64,000 nt of DNA from an uncultured delta proteobacterium (lineage in GTDB: Bacteria; Myxococcota_A; Polyangia; Polyangiales; Polyangiaceae). The position numbers and the translations under genes were made by a program. Below the pieces are notes generated by a model. The model saw only the letters and a list, made by a program, of their open reading frames with translations, made no database searches and was not told the DNA's origin. How positions within the stretch are numbered: the first letter of the stretch is position 1; the number at the start of each line of letters is the position of its first letter. Location of the stretch: contig CAVOKF010000005.1 of assembly GCA_963696385.1 (NCBI GenBank), forward strand, positions 1,344,001-1,408,000. Reading direction: 5' to 3'. This document shows positions 1-10,306 of this stretch, piece after piece.

Positions 1-1
1 C

Positions 2-1237
<1,236 letters not shown>

Positions 1238-1421
1238 TCAGCCGCCTGGCGCGCCGCACGCCCGCCCTCCCCCCGCTTGGTCTCGACGAGCACCCTCGAC
1301 TCTTCGAGCCGTCGGTGCCCCACGGGTTTCCGACTCGTCGATGGGGCGTCAGTCGGCACACATCCGCTTTTTCGCCGCGCGCCTCGCCCGTCCCACCTTT
1401 CGCTGCGCCATTCTCGCGCGA

Positions 1422-1583
1422 TCAACCCTTCGAGATCTTGCCTTCTTTGTGCGCGAAGTGCTTGCGGCAGGCGGGGCAGAACTTCTTGATCTCGAATTTT
1501 TCGGACATCGTCCGCTTGTTCTTCGTGGTGGTGTAATTCGCGCGCCCGCAGTTGCCGCACGTCATTTTGATGATGTCACGCAT
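1422..1583 (-). CDS. rpmG: 50S ribosomal protein L33 (Zn-binding CxxC...CxxC type)
   Basis: 53 aa [24 protein letters not shown]...[10 protein letters not shown]; true ATG at 1583 lies within the longer 1422..1748 ORF. Confidence 0.96.
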   Translation of the reverse strand: MRDIIKMTCGNCGRANYTTTKNKRTMSEKFEIKKFCPACRKHFAHKEGKISKG

Positions 1584-1659
1584 GATCGCTCCGTACTCTC
1601 CGATCCAGTTCGATCGGCATCCCGCCCGGAGGTCCGAGCTGCCCGCGTCAGGGCGGCAG

Positions 1660-1687
1660 AGATTACGCACACCGTTGGCCCCGTCAA
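1660..1687 (-). promoter_or_regulatory. Putative sigma70 promoter of rpmG
   Basis: Minus strand TTGACG-N16-TAATCT, about 80 nt upstream of the rpmG start. Confidence 0.45.
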
Positions 1688-1775
1688 GGTACCCGCCCCG
1701 GCGGGATACTCGAGCTTTGCACCCGGGGGGGGCCTCGGCCGCCGCCATGCGGACCGCTCAGGACTTCTCGGCCGG

Positions 1776-2600
1776 TCAGTCGTCGTCGTCCTTGCCGTAG
1801 TCGACCAATCGCGTGCCCCGTGGCTCGTCTCGTTCGACCCGCTTCTTTTTGGGTCCCCCTCCGTCTTCGAAGGATCGCTTTCGCTTCTCTTCATGCGACG
1901 GCTTTCGGTGGGTCTGGCCGCCACCGGGGCCGCCACCACCGCCACCAAAGGCTGGTTGAAAGGGCGCCGCGAAGCCGCCGCCGCCCTCCGGTCGGGTAGG
2001 ACGATCGCCCTTCGGGTGAGCCAGATTCACGACGAGCCGCCGATTGCGAAGGTCCGCGGTTCGGAGCGCGTCGGCCGCGCTCTTTGCGGCCTCCGCGCTG
2101 GCCATCGTAACGAACCCGAAGCCGCGCTTGCGCCCGTCGGCGTCCATGGGCAGGTGAACCCGGACCACGCTGTCGGCGACGGCCGTGTTGATGAGAGTCT
2201 GTACCTCTTCCTGCGTCGCATCGTAGGGGAGGTTGCCGACGTAAAGCGTCCGGTCCGGCGCCTGCGGCGGGCCCCCGGCCCCACGCGGTCCGGGAGGACC
2301 CCCCGTGATCCGCGGTCCCGGCGCGTCGCCCCGTTTCGGGGGCTCCGCTTGAAACGGGCGTACCGAGATCGACTTGCCCGCCTGCATCGAGCCGTCGAGC
2401 GCATCGCGCGCCGCTTGGGCCTCCTGAGCCGTGGCCAGAGTCACGAAGCCGAAGCCGCGCGGTCGCCCGGTAGTCCTATCTTTCGGCAAGCTGACACTGA
2501 CGACCTTGCCGCCAGTCGCCTCGAAGAGCTGCTTGAGCACATCCTCGGAAATGCTGTCGGGCAGACCCGCCACAAACAACTTCGCGTCCTCGTTGGCCAT
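1776..2600 (-). CDS. RNA-binding protein with two RRM domains and a Gly-rich/charged tail
   Basis: Start MANEDAK; RNP2/RNP1 pairs LFVAGL/RGFGFVTL and LYVGNL/RGFGFVTM. Confidence 0.92.
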   Translation of the reverse strand: MANEDAKLFVAGLPDSISEDVLKQLFEATGGKVVSVSLPKDRTTGRPRGFGFVTLATAQEAQAARDALDGSMQAGKSISVRPFQAEPPKRGDAPGPRITGGPPGPRGAGGPPQAPDRTLYVGNLPYDATQEEVQTLINTAVADSVVRVHLPMDADGRKRGFGFVTMASAEAAKSAADALRTADLRNRRLVVNLAHPKGDRPTRPEGGGGFAAPFQPAFGGGGGGPGGGQTHRKPSHEEKRKRSFEDGGGPKKKRVERDEPRGTRLVDYGKDDDD

Positions 2601-2721
2601 TCGATCACTCACGACCTGTCGTCCGTTCCCTTGTTCAGAGCAGCGCCGGAGCGAGCGTGGACGCGTCGCGCGAGGCGTGTGACCCGAACTACGGTTCACG
2701 ATATCTAGCACGAGTCGCCCG

Positions 2722-4506
2722 TCAACTGTCGCCACCGGTCGCGTTGCGTGCGTCTTGCGTGATGTTGGCAACGTCCGCCGGCAACGTCGTGTCGTTGCCG
2801 GCCGCCCCATGGTTCACAGCCGCCGCCTGGCTCTTGCCCGGCCCGGACTTGCGTAGAGGGATCTCGAGTACGAACGTCGCGCCCCGACGGGGGCCGGCTC
2901 CCGCCGCCCTCGACGCGCCAGTGGCTCCGACTTCCCACGTGGTCTCGACCCAGGCCCGCCCGCCGTGACTTTCGGCGATGTGCTTGACGAGCGCGAGCCC
3001 GATGCCGCTTCCCCGCACTGGAGCGGAGGAGCTCGTCGTGCGCGAGGTCGACCCGCGAACGAACCGTTCGAAGATCCGGTCCCGGTCCTCCAGCGGAACG
3101 CCTGGGCCTTGGTCGATGACCCGTACGACCACGGCGCCGTCCTTCCTGGATGCCTTCACCGTTACCACCTCGGTCCCGGGTGCGTACTTCAGCGCGTTGT
3201 CGATGAGATTAATGACGGCGAGTTGAATCGCTCGCTCGTCGATGGTGACGCGCGGCAGATCGGGATCGATATCCGCCTCGAGCTCGATGCCCTCGCGCTC
3301 TGCGCGATACCGGTAAACGTTGACGGCCTTCGAGACGGCGTCTCCCACGCTTCCATCGGCAAAATCGTACGCGTCGCGTCCCCGCTCGACGCGCGCAAAG
3401 TCCAGCACGTTCTCGATGAGCGAGGAAAGGCGCTCGCTCTCGCTAACGATGATGTCGAGGTACTCGCGCTGCTTGGCTTCGCTCGTCACGCGACCGGATT
3501 GAAGCATCTCTCCGAACATGCGCACCAGGGCGAGCGGAGTCTTGAGCTCGTGGCTCACGTTCGCGACGAACTCGCTCTTGAGCGCCGACATGCGTCGCTC
3601 GCGCTCTGCAGCAACGAGAATGGTCGCGACACCGAGTACGACGATGATGCAAGAGAGAACGACCATGACGAGTTCGAGCATCGCCCGGTTCCGGACACGC
3701 GCCGTGAGCTCATCGCCGGCGCTCGGCGAGACCTGTACCCGCCACCCGTAGAGCGTCGTCGGAAAACGAACGGCCACGGTAAACTCGCCCGTCCGGAGTG
3801 GGGGGCCGAAGATGATGCGTCCGTCCTCGTCGACGACGTTGACTCGACTCGGCTGGGCGCTCGTCTTGGTCTCGCTCCGTTCGCGTTCCGAGAAGAGGGG
3901 CGGCATCGTATCTTTCACGATGCGCCCGATGTCGTGCCAAGCGACGACCAGGATACGATGCGTACGCGGTGGGTCACTCGGTCCGTCGGTCGGGGCGGCG
4001 AGCAGCGCGCGCTGCCAGTAGCTAACGAGATAGCTCTGGCCACGGTATTCGCGATGCAGGTGCCGCAGTTCGTCGGGGCCCTGCTTGGCAAGCTCCATGT
4101 CGCCGCACATTCGCTCTACGAGCAGCCGGCGGAACGCCTCCTCCTCGCCGAACGCTCCGCCCGCGCGTGACGCGAATGCGATCACCGTGTGGGTTTCGTC
4201 GAGCACGAGGATGGCTCGGACCGTCGGCGTCTCGCGTTGCGCGGTCGGAATCCATCGCTGGGCGAGGTCGGCGAGACGGGACGGCTCCGCGATGGCGAAC
4301 ACGACATTGTCCTGCTCCACGATCCGCTTATCGAGGCGGTCCGCCTTCTCGTTGGCCAGCTCGAGTGTGGCCTCGAGGACCGCTTGCTGTCCGAGCCGTT
4401 CGACCTGCAGCGTGGTCCGAAAAGTGAAATACAGCAGAGTTCCGACTGCCGCGAGCAGCGCCGGCAACAGCACAAGACTCCCAAGCCTTTCACGCCGGCG
4501 TGACAT
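2722..4506 (-). CDS. Membrane sensor histidine kinase (HisKA + HATPase_c)
   Basis: Two TM segments; H-box FVANVSHELKTPL, N-box NLIDNALKY, DQGPG, GSGIGL. Confidence 0.95.
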   Translation of the reverse strand: MSRRRERLGSLVLLPALLAAVGTLLYFTFRTTLQVERLGQQAVLEATLELANEKADRLDKRIVEQDNVVFAIAEPSRLADLAQRWIPTAQRETPTVRAILVLDETHTVIAFASRAGGAFGEEEAFRRLLVERMCGDMELAKQGPDELRHLHREYRGQSYLVSYWQRALLAAPTDGPSDPPRTHRILVVAWHDIGRIVKDTMPPLFSERERSETKTSAQPSRVNVVDEDGRIIFGPPLRTGEFTVAVRFPTTLYGWRVQVSPSAGDELTARVRNRAMLELVMVVLSCIIVVLGVATILVAAERERRMSALKSEFVANVSHELKTPLALVRMFGEMLQSGRVTSEAKQREYLDIIVSESERLSSLIENVLDFARVERGRDAYDFADGSVGDAVSKAVNVYRYRAEREGIELEADIDPDLPRVTIDERAIQLAVINLIDNALKYAPGTEVVTVKASRKDGAVVVRVIDQGPGVPLEDRDRIFERFVRGSTSRTTSSSAPVRGSGIGLALVKHIAESHGGRAWVETTWEVGATGASRAAGAGPRRGATFVLEIPLRKSGPGKSQAAAVNHGAAGNDTTLPADVANITQDARNATGGDS

Positions 4507-4519
4507 CCGAGGGCTGAGT

Positions 4520-6443
4520 CTAGCGACGGATGCGATCCGGCTCCGTCACGACCCCATGCTCTGCCACGAACTGAGCAAACTGTTCGGCAATGTACGCCAT
4601 CGCGTACGCATCGGAGTCCGCGAACGGCTGGCCGTCGAGCGGGTCGAGCAACTCGAGAGCGCCGAGAAAGCGCCCCGCCATCATCGCGGGGGCGACGAGA
4701 GCCCCGCGCACTCCACCCATGGCCGCGTATCTTTCGAGCGATTGCGACTCGGCTTCGTTCGCGTAGGTTAGGACGATGGCTCGACGTTTCCCCGTTGCGG
4801 CATGCAGGGCAAGGTCACCTTCGGGATATCGTCGGAGCAAAAGCGACTTGGCGGATTCACCCCGCGTGTTGATGACGAGGAACTCGCGCCGGTCGATGTC
4901 GTAGATGTGGACGATCCCCGCTCGGCACGGTATTTTTTCCATGCTGAGTGCGAGGCAGAAGGCGCCGGCCTCGACCGCGTCGCGCATGAAGTGGAGCTCG
5001 TGCATCGCCTCGAACAAGTCGGCGATCAGAATCTTCGCCGCGCATACGGGCGCGGGGCGCACTCGGTCGATCCGCCGTCGATCCGATCGGTGCTTGCGAA
5101 GGTGCTCCGGCGATTCCAAGGGATGGCTCTTCGGTCCGGACCCCTCCAGGACCCGCCGATAGCCCCGGCTCGAAGGATGCCCCGACGCGGTCTTCGGGTC
5201 GACGCAGGGCGTCGACCCCTTCGGCGCGCGCAAGCGCCTCGGCGGGGGAAACGCGCGAGGACGCGCTGGGTCGGGGCGGATCGATCGTCGGCGCCTCGGC
5301 CTCGCCGGTGGGGCCACTCGGGGCTCGCTGAGTAGCTGTCTCGGCAGCAGTCGGATCGATGGGCAAGCTGAGGCCGTTCGAGACGCGCCCGGACACTTGG
5401 GCTGGCGACGCGGCCGACGGCGCGTGCGATTTCGACGCCGACGATTGCGTCTGCCGACGCGGAAAGGAAACGACGGCCGTCCCCTGCCAATCCTTCCAGG
5501 TCAGCGTTGCGAGGGGCGCGACGGGCGGCCGCCCTTCGAAGGGGACGTCGAACGCCGCTAAGTTGACGAGTTTGCCAACGGGGAGCGGCGTGAGCACCGT
5601 TCGCAACACCTCGAGCTGGACCCGCAGCAAGCGCTCGGCCATGGAGCTCGTCGTGCCGGAAGGAACGAGATAAACGTACTCTCGGTACGTGAGCGGCAGC
5701 GCCGGCGTTCGGTCTTCCTCGCGCTTGAAGAGGATGTGGGACGCCACGCCGGTCGGCGGGGCAGGGGTCGAAGGCGTCCGGTCCGCCGGCACGACCGCCT
5801 CCGCAGCGCCCGCGGCCGATGTCTCGATGGTGGGCACGCGCGGGGCGGGCGGAACCTCGTCCGCGGCCGGCCGAGCGACCGAGCTCGGAACCGGTACGGT
5901 CGAGGCAGCGATCTTCGGCGCTTGGATCCCGTGCCCCGAAAGCCTTGGCGGAATGCTCGAGGCATACCGAGAAGGAGAACTCGTCACGTAGACTGGTGGA
6001 TTGGCCCACGCCAAGGTTTCGGCCTGAAGGGGCGGGACGCTCTGCCGGGGGCCTAGGGTTTCGCGCGGAGGGCCACTCGGCCGCGGGTTTACCGCCTCGG
6101 TGGGCGCCGCGCTCGGCCGAGGGCCCACGTCTCCCGCCGGGGTCGCCGATTCCTGCGGCCCAGCCTCTTGGTCCGGGCGGTCCGCGCCTTCGCGAAAAGC
6201 CGGGCGCACTTGGTACCGAACGCGCGACGTCGGATCGACTGCCCGGCAGCCACTTTCAAGCAGTTCAATCGAGAAGCCGCTCAACCCAGCGGTTTCACCG
6301 CGCTCCGTTCGCACGGCGATGAGAGCGCTCTGCCAGGTGTCGGCCTCGATCATCACGGACTCGGTTTCGGAACCACCGCCGAGCGGCGTCACCTCGACGA
6401 GCCAGCGCATGCGTCGCTTCGCCTTTCCCGGAGAGGGCACCAT
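4520..6443 (-). CDS. Multidomain Pro/Ala-rich protein with C-terminal GAF domain (+1 frameshift near 5030)
   Basis: ORF 4857..6443 joins ORF 4520..5317 if one base is removed at 5029-5033 (...RMRGED-LIADLFEAMHEL...). The C-terminus has a GAF-like LVAPAMMAGRFLGALELLD...FADSD segment. Confidence 0.72.
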
Positions 6444-6536
6444 ACCGGTGCCGACGAACTCTTATCAGGGCGTCGTCCAGACGGTCAACGCGTCGTCGGC
6501 GCGATCCGCCGACCAAATTTCTCGCACCTCGTCGCA

Positions 6537-8144
6537 TCACTCCGCGCGAAGCCCGTCGGCCGGACGGAGCTGAGCTGCGTAAACGGCCGGAAAGATCGTT
6601 GCGACCAAGCAAATGACGATCGCCACGATAGCGGGAACTAGGAACTCGATCGGGTGCATGGAAATGGGCAAGTGGGAGATGAAGTACACTTTTGGATCGA
6701 GCGGAAAGCCGTAGGCCAGAAGAAATCGGCACGACAGCCAGCCGATGAAAACGCCGAGCGTCGTGCCCGCCAGGCCAATCATTCCGCCCTGATAAAGAAA
6801 TATTCGGAGGATCGCATCGTTCTTCGCCCCAATCGCTTTGAGAACTGCGATTTCCTTCTTCTTCTCCAGAACGACCATCGTGAGGGTCGCGATGACCGTG
6901 CAAGCCGCGACCAAGATGATCAAGCCAAGAACGAAGCTCATGCCAATCTGCTGGATGAGGAGCGCCGTGAAAAGGCCATGGTTGAGCTCACGCCAGTCCA
7001 TCGTGTGATACATGCCGTCGTTCAAGAGGTGGTCGATCGTGTGCGCAATCGCATGCGCATGATCGATGTCGTCCACTTTCATCTCGATGCCGGTGACACT
7101 GTCTCCGTACTCGTAGAAGGCCTGCGCTTCGTAGAGGTCGGTGTACACGAGCTTGGAGTCGTACTGATCAAAACCAGCTTCGAAAACGGCGATCACCCGG
7201 AACTCCTTTGCAATGGGTGATCGTGCGCTGCCGAACGCGATCCCGATCTGCGGGGAAGTCACCTGGACGCAATCGCCGAGGCCTACGGCCAGTTGGGTCG
7301 CGAGGGTCCGGCCCACCACGATGCCCGGCATCTTCGCGACCTCTTCGGGGCTCTTGCACGGATCCGGATCGATCGCATCGGGGAGCACATCGTCCTGCGG
7401 GAGCTCGCTCTTGTAGCCGCCGACGGGCGTAAGGTCACCCTGCGGCGCACCTTTCGGCAGGGTGGCCTCTGTGCCGCGGTGTGCCTCGGCAGCGGCCGTA
7501 GGCGGGGCCGATCGTCGCGGTTCTCGGTTCGGAGAGGCGAGACCGGGACTGCGGTAATCGTCGGAGCTCGCGTCCGCGCGATCCATCGCGCGCAGAACCT
7601 CCTCTTGCATCAAGCGGAGGAGCGATTCTGCGCCCGCGTCCCGACCGGAGTCCGGAGGGCCTGCGACGTCAATCTCGTCGCGCAACGAATCGGCGGCGCG
7701 CTCGATCGGCCGCGCACCAGGTCGTCGCAGCCCAGCAAGGCTTCCGGCGACGATGTTCTTGGGCAAGTCGAGCACCTTCAACATGAGCTCGGGGTCGACG
7801 CCCTTCAAGAGAACACCCGTGGCCGTTCGATCGCCGCTCGTCACCATCATGGGGTTGATGACGAACGGCGCGACGCCGATCACGCCGGGCACGTGCTCGA
7901 CTTTCTCCATGATGTCCCGGTACTCCCGGAAGTCGATCGAATACTTGAGAACGAGAACGTGAGCGTTTACGCCGAGGACTTTTTCGCGAAACTGCTCTTG
8001 AAACCCGCCTGTGACGCTCATGACGATCGTGAGAGCAGCCACTCCCAGCGTGACGCCGCCGATGGCGAGCGCCGTGCTGATCGAAATCATGTTGCGCTTT
8101 TTCGACCGCAGATACCTCAATGCAACCGTGAACGAATATGCCAT
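6537..8144 (-). CDS. lolE: LolC/LolE-family lipoprotein-releasing ABC transporter permease with long periplasmic insertion
   Basis: ALRYLRSKKR...SVTGGFQ...KVLG N-terminus; EKKKEIAVLKAIGA FtsX motif; ATIFPAVYAAQLRPADGLR end. Start may instead be 8177. Confidence 0.85.
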   Translation of the reverse strand: MAYSFTVALRYLRSKKRNMISISTALAIGGVTLGVAALTIVMSVTGGFQEQFREKVLGVNAHVLVLKYSIDFREYRDIMEKVEHVPGVIGVAPFVINPMMVTSGDRTATGVLLKGVDPELMLKVLDLPKNIVAGSLAGLRRPGARPIERAADSLRDEIDVAGPPDSGRDAGAESLLRLMQEEVLRAMDRADASSDDYRSPGLASPNREPRRSAPPTAAAEAHRGTEATLPKGAPQGDLTPVGGYKSELPQDDVLPDAIDPDPCKSPEEVAKMPGIVVGRTLATQLAVGLGDCVQVTSPQIGIAFGSARSPIAKEFRVIAVFEAGFDQYDSKLVYTDLYEAQAFYEYGDSVTGIEMKVDDIDHAHAIAHTIDHLLNDGMYHTMDWRELNHGLFTALLIQQIGMSFVLGLIILVAACTVIATLTMVVLEKKKEIAVLKAIGAKNDAILRIFLYQGGMIGLAGTTLGVFIGWLSCRFLLAYGFPLDPKVYFISHLPISMHPIEFLVPAIVAIVICLVATIFPAVYAAQLRPADGLRAE

Positions 8145-8418
8145 CTCGACGATCAGCCTGCGCCGTGTGTACGACACGGACCTCCTACCATATTTCGACT
8201 ATTCGTGCGGCGACCGCATTCGGGACCACTTCTTGCGTGAACGCCATTCGAGAGCCTTCGTCGTGGAGCCCGACGGTCGCCCGCGGTGACCGCCAAGGCT
8301 CCTACGCCGCGCCGCCGCGTGTAGGGCGTCCTCGCTCCGGGAGCGCCATAAAACCTGGCGGAGACCGGGATCCGGTACTGGTAACGTTAACGCTCGAGTA
8401 ATCTTCGTTTGAGGTTCC

Positions 8419-10068
8419 ATGACCGATGTGCCGAAGCCGCCGGGAGCGTCTCCCGTCCGCCCGATCTCGGCGACGTTGAGTGCGGCGATGATCGATCTGC
8501 CCAAGCGCGCCGGAGTCGATTCCGTCGAGTCAGACCCCGTGCCGCCGAGCGCTCCGATCGATCCGTACTTGGGCGTCACGCTGGACGGACGGTACCTTAT
8601 CGAGCGTCGGGTCGGCGAAGGCGGAATGGGAGTGGTGTACGCCGGTCGGCACAAGGTGATTGACAAGCGAGTGGCCATCAAGGTTCTGCGCCGCGACATG
8701 GCGAACGACGATGAGCTCAACGAGCGCTTTTTGCAGGAGGCACGCGCCGCCAGCGCGATCGGCAACCCGCACATTGTCGACATCAGCGACTTCGGACGGC
8801 TGCCGGACGGATCGACGTATTTCGTCATGGAGCTCCTGGACGGGCAGAGCTTGAGCGACGTTCTGGCCCAGGCGAAAGGGCCGTTGCCCGTGCCAAGGCT
8901 CTGCCACATTGCCAAACAGATTGCTCAAGGGCTTGCCGCTGCACATGCGGCGAGCATCGTTCACCGAGACCTGAAGCCCGATAACGTCATGCTCATCAAT
9001 CGTGGCACCGAGCGCGATTTCGTGAAGATATTGGACTTTGGCATCGCCAAGGTCGGCAGCGGAACGAAGAAGATGACTCGGGCTGGAAGCGTCTTTGGCA
9101 CGCCGCACTACATGAGCCCCGAGCAAGCCGCGGGCGCGGTCGTCGATCACCAAACCGACGTCTATGCGCTCGGCGTCATCTTGTACGAAATGGCGAGCGG
9201 CAAGGTCCCGTTCGATGCCGACAATTTCATGGGAATCCTAACCCAGCACATGTACAAATCCCCGGCGCCGATCCGTGCGTTGGTGCCCGAAGTGGACATT
9301 CCCGCCGGGCTCGAAGCCATCATTCTCAAGTGCCTGACGAAAAAGCCCGAGGGCCGTTACGCCAGCATGGATGCGCTCGTCACCGACCTCGCGAAGCTCG
9401 ATCGGGGAGTTCTTCCGGACGCCGTTCACGAGATGATGGCGCGGTCCGGTGGCTTCAACGTCCCGGCCGACTATTTTCGGTCGGCCGCATCGATGCCGGT
9501 TCCGGTCCCGGCAACGCCCTCGAGCGCGCCGAAGCGTTGGCCGATCTATGCCGTGATTGCGGCCTCCGCGACCCTCGTGGGCATGGTCGGAGTCGTCGTC
9601 ATCGCGAAGATCCCGGTCAGCAAAGCGCAGCCGACGCCGGCGTCCGTCGTGCCGAGCGTCGTGGCGCCGATGGTCAGTCCCCCGGGCCCAGGTCCGGGTC
9701 CGAATGCGACTGTCATGGCGTTGGCGTCTGCCGCGCCCAAGGTCCTTCACGAGGTCCTGGTGAGCGTGGTTCCTAGCGATGCGACGGTCACTCGCGACGG
9801 CACGGTGCTCGGTCAGTCGCCCGTGGCGCTGCACCTGGTCGAAGGCGAAGACGCAGCGCTGGTCCTGGATCGAAAAGGATTCAAAACAAAGGCGGTTACC
9901 GTCAAGGCGTCCGAGCCGAAGCAAACGTTCACGCTCGAGGCGCTCGTGACAAGCCCAGCCGCTCCGGTTCGAACGCGCATTCCGACGCAGGAAAAACCCG
10001 GCGCGACGGCGCCGGTAGGGGCGGGTGCGATCGACGACGTTGGGGATCCGTTCACACGAAAGCGGTGA
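8419..10068 (+). CDS. Ser/Thr protein kinase with TM segment and C-terminal PEGA-like domain
   Basis: GEGGMG, VAIKVL, HRDLKPDN, DFG, GTPHYMSPE; hydrophobic TM; V-P-DATV--DG--LGQSP PEGA-like motif. Confidence 0.95.
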   Translation: MTDVPKPPGASPVRPISATLSAAMIDLPKRAGVDSVESDPVPPSAPIDPYLGVTLDGRYLIERRVGEGGMGVVYAGRHKVIDKRVAIKVLRRDMANDDELNERFLQEARAASAIGNPHIVDISDFGRLPDGSTYFVMELLDGQSLSDVLAQAKGPLPVPRLCHIAKQIAQGLAAAHAASIVHRDLKPDNVMLINRGTERDFVKILDFGIAKVGSGTKKMTRAGSVFGTPHYMSPEQAAGAVVDHQTDVYALGVILYEMASGKVPFDADNFMGILTQHMYKSPAPIRALVPEVDIPAGLEAIILKCLTKKPEGRYASMDALVTDLAKLDRGVLPDAVHEMMARSGGFNVPADYFRSAASMPVPVPATPSSAPKRWPIYAVIAASATLVGMVGVVVIAKIPVSKAQPTPASVVPSVVAPMVSPPGPGPGPNATVMALASAAPKVLHEVLVSVVPSDATVTRDGTVLGQSPVALHLVEGEDAALVLDRKGFKTKAVTVKASEPKQTFTLEALVTSPAAPVRTRIPTQEKPGATAPVGAGAIDDVGDPFTRKR

Positions 10069-10306
10069 CGCGACGGTGGGCATCCGGGACGCTCGGGTAA
10101 TAGGCTGCCCGGGCGGGCCAGGGGCGTGAGCTTGCAAAGTACAGCGACCCGCCAAGCGGGACCCTGCTGCACGGGGTACGGCTGCGTTGCGGCTGGCGCT
10201 GTACTTAAGACGGTTTCGTTGGGCCTTCGCCCCAACCTCCAATCGCCTCCCGGCGATTGCAAGTACACCGCCCGGCCGATCCTTTTGTTCTGGGGCGTTG
10301 TGTGCT

